NCBI GenBank assembly: GCA_016699145.1
Contig: CP064962.1
Coordinates: 1,110,001-1,142,000 of the forward strand
DNA: 32,000 nucleotides
DNA from: Candidatus Saccharimonadota bacterium
GTDB taxonomy: Bacteria; Patescibacteriota; Gracilibacteria; UBA1369; 2-02-FULL-48-14
Direction: 5' to 3'
Shown here: piece after piece, positions 1 to 7,334 of the stretch
How positions within the stretch are numbered: the first letter of the stretch is position 1
Layout: each line of letters starts with the position of its first letter
The notes under the pieces: generated by a model
Database searches by the model: none
What the model was told of the DNA's origin: nothing
Seen by the model: the letters and a program-made list of their open reading frames with translations, nothing else
Made by a program: the position numbers and the translations under genes

Positions 1-1252
1 CTTCACCCGGAGCTTCCACAAAATTCACTCCTGATTTTTTCATCCCGTTGCGCAATTTTTCTTCAGTTTCAAGCCAGAGTTCGGGCTCATTCACATATTT
101 TTTTCCAAGGCCTTCTTTGTCGTGCAAAGACAAACGCATGACATACTTTTCAATGCCAAATATTTCGAAATATTTTTTATAAATTTCCAGCACATTCAAA
201 AACTCTGTTTCAAATTGTTCCGGGGTGCAATAAATGTGAGCATCGTTCATGCACATCGAGCGCACACGCATCAGTCCAAACAAAGCTCCGCTGTCTTCAA
301 AACGATAGCAGTGTCCATACTCCGCAAGGCGAATGGGCAGTTCACGATACGAGCGCTTGCGACTGCCATAAATAAGGTGATGATGTGGACAATTCATCGG
401 CTTCAAATAGTATTCCTCGTTGTCGAGTTTCATCGGGGGGAACATCGAATCAGCATAATAGGGGAGGTGCCCCGACTTGTGGTACAAAGTTCCCTTTGTG
501 ATGTGTGGAGTGCGCACGCGAGAATAGCTGTTGTCGAACTCCACTTGCTTTGCGAGTTTTTCAATTTCTTCCACCAGCACCGCTCCATTCGGAAGCCACA
601 GCGGAAGGCCTGCCCCCACTTCATCCGAAATCATGAAAATTTCCAACTCTTTCCCCAATTTGCGATGATCGCGTTTTTCCGCTTCCTCCAGCATTTTCAA
701 GTGTGCCGAAAGTTCTTCTTCGCTGTCAAAACACAGTCCGTAAATGCGCTGAAGTTGAGGATTTTTTTCATTTCCACGCCAATAGGCCGCTGCAATTTTA
801 TTGAGCTTGAAGGCCCCGATTCCCTTCGTGCTTTCGAGGTGCCCTCCACGGCACAGGTCAATGAATTTCGTTTCGCCTGCTTTATTCACATTTTTATAAA
901 AAGTAAGGGTTTGCCCTGCCTCCGCAAATTCCGTCGCAAGTTCCACTTTGAAGGGCTGCTCTGCTTTTTTCAAAAATTCAATCACTTTTTCAGGGTCTTC
1001 TTCCATGCGTTCAAAACTTTGATCATCCACAATGATGCGTCGCATTTTTTCTTCCAAAATCTCCAAATCCTCAGGAACCAAGGCACGGGGGAGCTGAAAG
1101 TCGTAATAGAATCCATAATCGATCACCGGCCCGACCCCCAACTTGGCTTCGGGAAACATTTCTAAAACCGCTTGAGCCAGCACATGCGCTGCGGAATGAC
1201 GAACGGCATACAAAGGATCTTTGAGTTTTTCTTCCAGAAGTTCTTTTTGCAT
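1..1252 (-). CDS. thrS: Threonyl-tRNA synthetase, first ~417 codons; the 3' end of the gene runs off the left edge of the window
   Basis: Own translation of the minus strand from ATG (1252-1250): MQKELLEEKLKDPLYAVRHSAAHVLAQAV...RDHRKLGKELEIF...YYLKPMNCPHHHLIY...YRFEDSGALFGLMRVRSMCMNDAHIYC. The HxxxH editing-domain motif and the class II ThrRS catalytic motifs are family hallmarks. It is absent from the ORF track because it is open to the window edge. The 122..1165 plus-strand ORF is its antisense shadow. Confidence 0.95.
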   Translation of the reverse strand, partial: MQKELLEEKLKDPLYAVRHSAAHVLAQAVLEMFPEAKLGVGPVIDYGFYYDFQLPRALVPEDLEILEEKMRRIIVDDQSFERMEEDPEKVIEFLKKAEQPFKVELATEFAEAGQTLTFYKNVNKAGETKFIDLCRGGHLESTKGIGAFKLNKIAAAYWRGNEKNPQLQRIYGLCFDSEEELSAHLKMLEEAEKRDHRKLGKELEIFMISDEVGAGLPLWLPNGAVLVEEIEKLAKQVEFDNSYSRVRTPHITKGTLYHKSGHLPYYADSMFPPMKLDNEEYYLKPMNCPHHHLIYGSRKRSYRELPIRLAEYGHCYRFEDSGALFGLMRVRSMCMNDAHIYCTPEQFETEFLNVLEIYKKYFEIFGIEKYVMRLSLHDKEGLGKKYVNEPELWLETEEKLRNGMKKSGVNFVEAPGE

Positions 1253-1277
1253 AGATTAAGGGAAACCGGATGCTAAA

Positions 1278-1306
1278 CTTATAAACACTCGGAGCGCCGC
1301 TGTCAA
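1278..1306 (-). promoter_or_regulatory. Sigma70-type promoter for thrS: TTGACA-N17-TATAAG
   Basis: The reverse complement of 1301-1306 is TTGACA and of 1278-1283 is TATAAG. The spacer was hand-counted at 17 nt. The -10 lies about 25 nt upstream of the thrS ATG. Confidence 0.5.
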
Positions 1307-1357
1307 CGAAGCCCGCTAAGACCGGTTCCCGCGCAATTTTCTACGTAGTTTCACGAA

Positions 1358-1404
1358 TTTCAAGTACAGCTCAGGGGAAAAGGAAGAGGGAGTAGAGTAG
1401 AGAT
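1358..1404. repeat. Left terminal inverted repeat of the IS
   Basis: TTTCAAGTACAGCTCAGGGGAAAAGGAAGAGGGAGTAGAGTAGAGAT aligns by hand to the reverse complement of 2416-2460. About three quarters of columns are identical. The outer 21 columns match 19/21, and an AGTAGA(G/A)TAGA core is conserved. Confidence 0.7.
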
Positions 1405-1431
1405 ACTTTACTTCTTCACCCCAACTCCCTC

Positions 1432-2484
1432 ATGGAACAATATAACATGACGAAAGGCATTCGTGGACTGAGAAGATTACTTCGGCAGTTTAACGAAGCT
1501 ACTTTAAAGCCCTGGCAGAGAGACGTACTTAGAGAAAGAATCCTTATTTTGGATTGGTACGACCATAATGGAAAGAATAAAGCCAAGACTGCCAGGGCTT
1601 TTGAAACTTCTAGAAGCCACGTACAAAAAGCTGGTGAAGGCCAGAAAGGAAGAAGGACTGGGTGGTCTTATTCCGAAAATAACAGGACCCAATAACAAAC
1701 GTGGATTTAATCTCACCAGTGAAGAGAAACAAGAGATTGAACGCTATGCAAGGATGTTTCCAGATTGGAGCCACAAGAAGCTTCACATGTTTCTTCACCA
1801 GCACAGCATTTCCACCTTGTACCGCTATTTGGCAGCAAAGGATTACTGGTTCGTAATCGCTGCCCCGGGTTTCACAAGAAACCAAAACCTAGGTCTGCTT
1901 GGAAAGTCCAAAGAAAGAAACTCCCCAAGGACTACCAAATCTTAAAACCTGGAGACTTGGTAGTCCTAGATTCCATCGTTGAGTTTGTGGACAGCGCCTT
2001 CAACAAACTGTACTTCATTACCTGTGTGGATGTGGCCACCAGGATAGGTTTTGCACTCGTAACCAAGCACCACAGTTCCAAGGCGGCCAAAGCTTTGCTG
2101 GAAAAGATGGAAGAAGTGCTCCAGACCAAGATTAAAGCTGTTTTAACAGACAACGGCAGTGAGTTCCTGGCGTACTTCCATAAAGCCTGCCAGCAGCAAG
2201 GGATTGAGCACTTCTTCACTCGCCCCAGAACACCAAAAGATAATGCGATTTGTGAGCGATTCAACCTTACTTTGCAACAACACCTCTACTGGAGAGTGGA
2301 CTTAACCAGTCCCATTTACAAGATTAATGAGGTGCTCGCGGATTGGCTCGTGGAGTATAATTGCCTTCGTCCACATGAATCTCTCAATATGAGACCTCCA
2401 GTTGCTCACTACTTTCATCTATTCTACTCCCCTCGCCCCATCCCCGAGGTGTACTTGAAACTATGGAACCGGACATTTTCTTGA
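1432..2484 (+). pseudogene. IS481-like DDE transposase (HTH + rve integrase core), ~350 codons, frame broken twice (frame 1 to 2 near 1625-1629, frame 2 back to 1 near 1837-1841)
   Basis: Three track ORFs (1432..1695, 1568..1945, 1765..2484) concatenate into one sensible protein: ...ARAFETSRSHVQ/KLVKARKEEGLGGLIPKITGPNNKRGFNLTSEEKQEIERYARMFPDWSHKKLHMFLHQHSISTLYRYLAAK/GLLVRNR...VVLDSIVEF...AVLTDNGSEF...TPKDNAICERFNLTLQ...YNCLRPHESL. This carries the D, D, E core pattern of the rve family. Removing one A from the A5 run at 1625-1629 and adding one base in AAAGG at 1837-1841 restores a single frame. Confidence 0.85.
2416..2460. repeat. Right terminal inverted repeat of the IS
   Basis: The reverse complement reads TTTCAAGTACACCTCGGGGATGGGGCGAGGGGAGTAGAATAGATG. 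It lies inside the last ~20 codons of the transposase frame, which reads through the IS end to a stop at 2482-2484. Confidence 0.7.
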
Positions 2485-2510
2485 CGAAAACCTATACTTA
2501 CTTGTAATAT
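2481..2510 (+). promoter_or_regulatory. Possible sigma70-type promoter TTGACG-N18-TAATAT just outside the IS right end
   Basis: TTGACG at 2481-2486 and TAATAT at 2505-2510, read directly. It would drive the ~125-nt unit that ends at the 2617-2642 terminator. Confidence 0.3.
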
Positions 2511-2616
2511 GCATACGCTTTATGAATCACACTTTCTTTTTTAGCAGCTTTTTCTCCTTCGCCCCCAGCGAGGCTGCTCAAGTGTGAACGCATAAAGTTT
2601 ATCACCCACACAGAAG

Positions 2617-2642
2617 CCTCGCAGGAATGCGAGGATTTTTTT
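2617..2642 (+). terminator. Rho-independent terminator (7-bp stem, GGAA loop, T7 tract)
   Basis: CCTCGCA (2617-2623), GGAA loop, TGCGAGG (2628-2634), then A and TTTTTTT (2636-2642). Confidence 0.6.
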
Positions 2643-2662
2643 AATTGATTCACCCCATCAAT

Positions 2663-2833
2663 ATGCCAGAAGAATGTCCAGGAACAGATGAACCCGCCAT
2701 GGCAGCACATGAAACCCAAAGTGCATCGCCAGGAGAAGTAGATAAGATTTTAGAACGAGCCCAGCAGGCTGCTGCTGTCCTAGGCTTAAGTCAAGCTACA
2801 AGAGAAATGGTAGGCGATGCTTTCAATTTCTAA
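2663..2833 (+). CDS. Small acidic hypothetical protein (56 aa from the ATG at 2663; the track ORF starts at TTG 2645)
   Basis: The ORF reads MPEECPGTDEPAMAAHETQSASPGEVDKILERAQQAAAVLGLSQATREMVGDAFNF. No recognisable family. The ATG lies only ~20 nt after a terminator T-tract, so expression is doubtful. Confidence 0.3.
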   Translation: MPEECPGTDEPAMAAHETQSASPGEVDKILERAQQAAAVLGLSQATREMVGDAFNF

Positions 2834-2960
2834 ACCTAAAGACCTCCTAAATCATGAACCGACTTTATTTCTATTTTTTCACCCTCTTCAACGCGAGCTT
2901 GACCCTCGTGGTGCTGAATCGTGATCGATTTTGACGCCACTCACACTCTTTACCTCTCAA

Positions 2961-2982
2961 GCTCGCTCTGGCGAGTTTTTTT
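2961..2982 (+). terminator. Rho-independent terminator-like hairpin with T7 tract
   Basis: GCTCGC (2961-2966), TCTG loop, GCGAG (2971-2975), then TTTTTTT (2976-2982). Confidence 0.45.
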
Positions 2983-2994
2983 AAACCTTTATTT

Positions 2995-3270
2995 ATGACT
3001 GAAACTACTCTTTCCACTATCAAGTTATGCCCCACACGGCGAATACGACTCCATGTACTTCTGGATCAAGAACTTCAAGTAGCCCTCCTCTCCAACACAG
3101 GTCGCCTACGTGAGGTGATCCAAGGTGTTTTAGCACTTCCTGACGGAGCTCATTCTGCTCCAGAGGCTTTACAGGAGCTCAATCAGACTTCCTGGTGGAT
3201 TGACCTCGGTGGCAGCCACGTTCAAGGAGTGGACCTCCTGCACCAATTGAATGCGGTTCTGCTTCCTTGA
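2995..3270 (+). CDS. Hypothetical Leu-rich 91-aa ORF, doubtful
   Basis: This is a track ORF with an ATG start and no recognisable motif. It begins 12 nt after a terminator-like T-tract, and its stop overlaps the -35 of the rplJ promoter. The opposite strand is also partly open here. Confidence 0.3.
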   Translation: MTETTLSTIKLCPTRRIRLHVLLDQELQVALLSNTGRLREVIQGVLALPDGAHSAPEALQELNQTSWWIDLGGSHVQGVDLLHQLNAVLLP

Positions 3271-3295
3271 CTTCCCTGTCCATTCCTTATAGAAT
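3267..3295 (+). promoter_or_regulatory. Sigma70-type promoter for rplJ-rplL: TTGACT-N17-TAGAAT
   Basis: TTGACT at 3267-3272 and TAGAAT at 3290-3295, with a hand-counted 17-nt spacer. It leaves a ~190-nt leader before the rplJ ATG. Confidence 0.6.
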
Positions 3296-3486
3296 CCGCC
3301 TGCGTTCGAAGACAGTGGGCATTTCGCACCAGCGAAAAGAAGACCTACCGAGAGCAGCAGGCTAACCTGTAAAAAGGTCCAGTCCTAAGTTTGTCTCAAC
3401 GCGAGTTGAGTTGTTTGAGGTATTCACCCTAAAGGGTTCATGCCTCCAACGAGGTCGCCTCCACTCTAAAGAAAAATTGCATTACT
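3296..3486 (+). promoter_or_regulatory. Structured 5' leader of rplJ, probable L10(L12)4 autoregulatory leader
   Basis: The leader is long and untranslated. GAAGACAGTGGG (3309-3319) can pair with CCTACCGAG (3344-3352) around a TTCGC-ACCA-GCGAA hairpin (3323-3336). A CTCAAC-GCGA-GTTGAG hairpin with a GNRA loop sits at 3395-3410. The AGACAG-GGG...CCUACCGAG arrangement is what I recall for bacterial L10 leaders. No covariance search was possible. Confidence 0.45.
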
Positions 3487-4011
3487 ATGGCAACAACTCG
3501 CACAAAGAAAGAAAGCACACTGAAGGAACTTCGAGAGAAGTTTGAAAAAGCTCAATCGGTAGCCTTCGGTCAGTATGCTGGACTCACGGTGGAACAAGTC
3601 TCCAAGCTCCGCAAGGAACTTCGTGCCGCTGGAGTTGAATTCAAGGTTGCAAAACGCACCTTGTTTAAGATTGCCGCCAAAGAGCAGGGCTTCGAACTTC
3701 CCGATGAAATCATGGAAGGAACCGTGGGCGCCGCCTTCTCCTATGAAGACAGCGTTGCGGGTCCTCGCCTTTTGAAAAAACTCGGAAAAGATTTTGAAAA
3801 GCTCCAACTCATGGGTGGTATTATGGAAGGAAAAGTGATGACCGTCGCTCAAATGAAGGAAATCGCCGGACTTCCCTCCAAACAAGAACTTCTCGCAAAA
3901 TTCGTGGGCCTTATGCGCGCACCTTTGCAAGGCTTCTACGGGGCTATTCAATCCCCTCTTGGATCTTTTGTTCGTGCTGCTTCACAGTACGCGGAAAAGA
4001 AACCCGCTTAA
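3487..4011 (+). CDS. rplJ: 50S ribosomal protein L10 (uL10)
   Basis: 174 aa: MATTRTKKESTLKELREKFEKAQSVAFGQYAGLTVEQVSKLRKELRAAGVEFKVAKRTLFKIA..., the typical L10 N-terminal signature. It lies directly upstream of rplL. Confidence 0.97.
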   Translation: MATTRTKKESTLKELREKFEKAQSVAFGQYAGLTVEQVSKLRKELRAAGVEFKVAKRTLFKIAAKEQGFELPDEIMEGTVGAAFSYEDSVAGPRLLKKLGKDFEKLQLMGGIMEGKVMTVAQMKEIAGLPSKQELLAKFVGLMRAPLQGFYGAIQSPLGSFVRAASQYAEKKPA

Positions 4012-4049
4012 TTTATTCCCGGCTTTTGCCGATTTAACACTCTATTAAT

Positions 4050-4442
4050 ATGGCTGACGTAGAACTCTCCAAAGAGGGTAAGGCCCTCATCGAGGCTCTC
4101 GAAAAACTCAACATTGTTGAACTCAACAACGTTGTTAAATTCATGGAACAAGAGTACGGAATTTCCGCTGCTCCTGTGGCTATGGCTGCTCCTATGGGCG
4201 GTGCCGCTGCTGGCGCTGCTGCTGAAGAAGAAAAGACTTCTTTCAACGTTAAACTCACTGACTCTGGTGCTCAAAAGATCGGTGTGATCAAGGTCGTTCG
4301 TGAACTCACTGGACTCGGTCTCAAAGAGGCTAAGGATGTGGTTGATGCGAACGGTATGGTTATGGAAAACGCTGACAAGGCTAAGGCTGACGAGGCTAAA
4401 AAAGCTCTCGAAGCAGCTGGAGCTAAGGTTGAACTTCAATAG
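4050..4442 (+). CDS. rplL: 50S ribosomal protein L7/L12 (bL12)
   Basis: 130 aa with an Ala/Gly-rich hinge ([22 protein letters not shown]) and the C-terminal domain [24 protein letters not shown]...[15 protein letters not shown]. Confidence 0.97.
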   Translation: MADVELSKEGKALIEALEKLNIVELNNVVKFMEQEYGISAAPVAMAAPMGGAAAGAAAEEEKTSFNVKLTDSGAQKIGVIKVVRELTGLGLKEAKDVVDANGMVMENADKAKADEAKKALEAAGAKVELQ

Positions 4443-4470
4443 TTTCGCCCTCTGGTCTATTCAAAGTTCA

Positions 4471-4495
4471 AAAACCCTCGGGAACGGGGGTTTTT
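4471..4495 (+). terminator. Rho-independent terminator after rplL
   Basis: AAAA, then CCCTCG (4475-4480), GGAA loop, CGGGGG (4485-4490, with one G-U pair), then TTTTT (4491-4495). Confidence 0.7.
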
Positions 4496-4522
4496 GCTAA
4501 AGGGACAATTTTATTGTATAAT
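4494..4522 (+). promoter_or_regulatory. Sigma70-type promoter TTGCTA-N17-TATAAT for the 4542 gene
   Basis: TTGCTA at 4494-4499 overlaps the terminator T-tract. The consensus TATAAT is at 4517-4522 and the spacer is 17 nt. The ATG lies 19 nt after the -10. Confidence 0.5.
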
Positions 4523-4541
4523 TGCCACAGTTATCCTCGCC

Positions 4542-6017
4542 ATGGATTTAAAACACATCTGGGAACCGATTTGGAAGAAAAATCCTGCTTTACAAAAAAT
4601 CATGGAAAAGCACGGAAATGTGAGTGTTTATGAATATGTAAAAACTTTCCTTACGCCCAGCGATTTTAAACCTGAAAGGCAAGAAGAATGGCTCACGGTT
4701 TTTGCTGAACTTTTGGAGCCACGCCTAGGCAGGGAAGTGAGCATAGCAGTGACTGAGCAACTGCGAAACCTGCCCTTGGTTTCCACGGCCGATCATCACG
4801 CCCCCCTCGATGAACCCTATTGGGTGAACACCAACCTCGTGCACAGTTTGGCACAAGAGGCAGCCGGGAACGCCTACTGCATCGCCCTTTCTTTTGCCAG
4901 CATTTCTTTGAACACGGCTCTTGGTTACCCTCGAGGACTTTTGATGCACGGCGCAAAAATACCTCCAGAAAATCAATTTTACCCTGAAGAAAAACTGCTT
5001 CGCCTCTCGTATTTTGGCGACAAAGATAAAATGTCGGTGGTCTATGGTTTTCGTCCCTTTCAAAAAGAAGATTTTGAACGTCTCACCAACGCCATCCAAC
5101 TCAAAATGAAGGAAGGCAACCTCTCAAATACCGATGGAATTCAATTGAAAACTTGGTGTGAGCACTATTTTCTAGATCCGGATTTTTTAAAGCAAAAAGA
5201 CTATTCCAGCCAAATCACTGTCTTGAATTATAAAGCTTGGCCCAGCCTCTTTTCCGAAGGCCATTCTGGACCACGCATCGTGTACTTGGAGATTGAAACT
5301 CTGGTCGCCGAACTCTTGAAACGCGTGCATTTCAAACAGCCCGACTCACCTCTTTACAAACTGCTATTCACTCCTGAAGGGCGTGCAGCTTTTGTTCAAA
5401 ATTTTGAAGGAGTACATGGAGCTTTTTGTGCGCATGAAAACGAGGGAACGTATTATTTTTGGGGCCTGGATGACAAAGGTCACCGAGTGCGGCTTTTTTT
5501 GAAGGACGACTGTTTGCATTCCGAAACCAAAGACATTTGCATCACCTTAACTCCCGAAGCGTTCGAATCCGCCATGAAAGCTGGAAAAATCTTCCCCAGC
5601 ATGGCGCTTTGTTACATTGTGATTGCTTTTTATTATGGCTTACATTGCCTCGGCGGAAGCAGCCAAATCAAAGATTTGGAACGAAGCAAACAAGCCTGGA
5701 TGCAAGTCTTGCAAGCCATGAACTGTCCTGCCGAAGCCGAAAGCATTTCAAAATGTCCAACTCAAGATTTAGTGGGAAGCATTGCTTTGTCCACTTTAGA
5801 GTGGCCTTCCAAGGGCCGAGCCTTACCAACGGGCATAGATCTAGCCCTTTTGAAAGAGAAAAACAGCTTCAACGATTGCATTGAACGGGCCCAAAAAATT
5901 GCCTTAAACGAAGCCCTTTTATTATACATCAAGGACTTTTACATCGATTTTTGCCAGGAACTGCCCTTCCCTGAGGAGGAGCTTCGTCCAATTGTAAGGG
6001 CCCCGGTCCTGCAATGA
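4542..6017 (+). CDS. Hypothetical cytoplasmic protein, 491 aa, no family recognised
   Basis: This is the long track ORF 4494..6017. I place the start at the first ATG (4542, MDLKHIWEPIWKKNPALQ) because the upstream codons overlap the rplL terminator and the promoter. There is no signal peptide. One hydrophobic stretch occurs (FPSMALCYIVIAFYYGLHCLGG). Confidence 0.8.
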   Translation: MDLKHIWEPIWKKNPALQKIMEKHGNVSVYEYVKTFLTPSDFKPERQEEWLTVFAELLEPRLGREVSIAVTEQLRNLPLVSTADHHAPLDEPYWVNTNLVHSLAQEAAGNAYCIALSFASISLNTALGYPRGLLMHGAKIPPENQFYPEEKLLRLSYFGDKDKMSVVYGFRPFQKEDFERLTNAIQLKMKEGNLSNTDGIQLKTWCEHYFLDPDFLKQKDYSSQITVLNYKAWPSLFSEGHSGPRIVYLEIETLVAELLKRVHFKQPDSPLYKLLFTPEGRAAFVQNFEGVHGAFCAHENEGTYYFWGLDDKGHRVRLFLKDDCLHSETKDICITLTPEAFESAMKAGKIFPSMALCYIVIAFYYGLHCLGGSSQIKDLERSKQAWMQVLQAMNCPAEAESISKCPTQDLVGSIALSTLEWPSKGRALPTGIDLALLKEKNSFNDCIERAQKIALNEALLLYIKDFYIDFCQELPFPEEELRPIVRAPVLQ

Positions 6018-6027
6018 GGGGTTGAGG

Positions 6028-6056
6028 TTGCCATAAAAGGCTTTTTTTGCTATACT
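6028..6056 (+). promoter_or_regulatory. Sigma70-type promoter with extended -10 for the pilus operon: TTGCCA-N17-(TGc)TATACT
   Basis: TTGCCA at 6028-6033, TG at 6048-6049 and TATACT at 6051-6056, with a 17-nt spacer. The first operon ATG is at 6084. Confidence 0.55.
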
Positions 6057-6083
6057 TATAGGAATAAATAAAAATAAAACGGT

Positions 6084-7334
6084 ATGGCAAATGAGCTCAA
6101 CCCTGCACTCGGTTCACCGAAGCTGTTTCCAGGGTTAAAAAATGCAAACGCTGAAAGCCCTGCTATGCCCCAAGCCATGGCCGGGGGACAGCTCACTGAA
6201 GAATCCAAAAACGTGTTCACAGAGCTTTTTGGGAAAGACGCTTCGCAAAAAAATGCAGCCATGATGAACACCGTGGTGGCGCAAAACGATAGAAAAAACA
6301 TCTCTTATTTCGGGGCAAAACCCAAAACTCCAGAGCTCGCTTTGAAAAATTTTGCAAAGCACAGTTCTCGTCCTGGTGCCGCCGTTTTAAAAGCTTCCAT
6401 TTTAGTCCTCTTTTTAGCAGCTTTTGTTTTTGGGACGCAAACCCGTTCTCAGCTGTCCATTTTTGGAGTGAATCCGGCGCTTCGCCTCGAAACGGTTCAA
6501 ATGCAAGTTGAAGAATTGAACGCCGAAGTGCTCGTGCAAAAACACCTCGCCTCTGCCTTGCTCCTTGATGAATTTTCCAACATGGCGGATGAATATTTGT
6601 ATGCCCGTTCTCAAGTGGAATCGACTTACACTTCTTCCAATAAACGCGAAGAATACGAAGCCTCTTCCAAAAAACTCAAAACAGAAATTGTAAGCTTGCT
6701 CAGCCAAGTCCAAACAAAATTGGCAGGAGAAATCACTCCTGAAGAAACGGTTTTAGCCGTTCAAGTGGCCGACGAACTCATTGGTCAACTGCAAGGACAA
6801 AGCGGCAGCGTGGATGAGCAAAGTTTGCAACAAGAAATACGCGATTTACAAACCACCAAAGCACTGCTTCAGAACAATGCATTCCGCAATCAAATGGCAA
6901 GTTTAGACATGACAGCACTAGATGAAACCCTCATCCAATCGATTTTTGAAAATTTCAGCACCATGAATGCCAGTCTCAACGCAACCATCAACAGCATTCA
7001 AAGCACGCGCATTGCTTGGTCGCTTTATTTAGATGAAATCGAATCCATCACAAAGCGCGTGGACCCTCTTTTCAACACCGAATTTCAAAGCAGCTTGATG
7101 CTGACAGACCTCATTTTGAAAGAAGACGGAACGGTTTCAGTTTCAGGCGTGGTGCGCACGGACGATTCCAAAAATTTCACCCTCGTTTCAAATTTGATCG
7201 ATGCTTTTGAAGCCTCTCCACATTTTGAAAAAGTGGAAGAACGTTCCTACAGCAAAAGTGAAGAAGAAGAGAGCTACACCAGCAATTTCCGCCTTTCGAT
7301 GACGCTGCAAACTAACCCCGATTCCGATGAATGA
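6084..7334 (+). CDS. Bitopic membrane protein with a long coiled-coil ectodomain; PilN-like by position and topology (function tentative)
   Basis: 416 aa with a ~105-aa cytoplasmic N-terminus, a single TM segment (AAVLKASILVLFLAAFVFGT) and a Gln/Glu/Leu-rich helical region. It is the first gene of the operon and overlaps the next gene by 8 nt (ATGAATGA). The canonical PilN N-terminal motif was not seen. Confidence 0.6.
   Translation: MANELNPALGSPKLFPGLKNANAESPAMPQAMAGGQLTEESKNVFTELFGKDASQKNAAMMNTVVAQNDRKNISYFGAKPKTPELALKNFAKHSSRPGAAVLKASILVLFLAAFVFGTQTRSQLSIFGVNPALRLETVQMQVEELNAEVLVQKHLASALLLDEFSNMADEYLYARSQVESTYTSSNKREEYEASSKKLKTEIVSLLSQVQTKLAGEITPEETVLAVQVADELIGQLQGQSGSVDEQSLQQEIRDLQTTKALLQNNAFRNQMASLDMTALDETLIQSIFENFSTMNASLNATINSIQSTRIAWSLYLDEIESITKRVDPLFNTEFQSSLMLTDLILKEDGTVSVSGVVRTDDSKNFTLVSNLIDAFEASPHFEKVEERSYSKSEEEESYTSNFRLSMTLQTNPDSDE

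Larger units (their letters stand above)
1346..2463 (+). mobile_element. IS481-family-like insertion sequence (~1.1 kb) with long imperfect terminal inverted repeats
   Basis: Inverted repeats at 1358-1404 and 2416-2460 enclose a single DDE (rve) transposase frame. TAGTTTCA also matches further out (1346-1353 versus the reverse complement of 2456-2463), so the left end is ambiguous between 1346 and 1358. No target-site duplication could be identified by eye. Confidence 0.7.

Noticed and set aside
122-1165. 347-aa plus-strand ORF, the longest track ORF at the left end
   Set aside because: It is the antisense shadow of thrS. Its sequence is low-complexity Phe/Ile/His-rich, with no motif, while the minus strand encodes an unmistakable ThrRS.
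1432-1945. IS3-style programmed -1 frameshift (orfA/orfB) as the explanation for the split transposase
   Set aside because: There are two compensating shifts, +1 then -1, about 210 nt apart. Neither has an A6G-type slippery heptamer. The middle segment is part of the same HTH region. The rve-only, ~350-aa architecture fits single-ORF IS481-like elements.
2511-2642. SRP (4.5S) RNA, prompted by the GGAA-loop hairpin
   Set aside because: The conserved domain IV sequence context (GGAAGCAGCC-type asymmetric loops) is absent. The GGAA-loop hairpin is followed by a T7 tract and matches the style of the rplL terminator. It is therefore kept only as an unclassified sRNA candidate.
3466-4439. Minus-strand ORFs 3466..3951 (161 aa) and 4008..4439 (143 aa)
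   Set aside because: They are antisense to rplJ and rplL, whose identities are certain. The sequences are Phe/Ser/Glu-rich mirror artefacts.
4494-4541. The first 16 codons of track ORF 4494..6017
   Set aside because: The start is a non-ATG codon lying inside the rplL terminator T-tract and the TTGCTA-N17-TATAAT promoter. The first ATG (4542) lies downstream of the -10 and is the plausible start.
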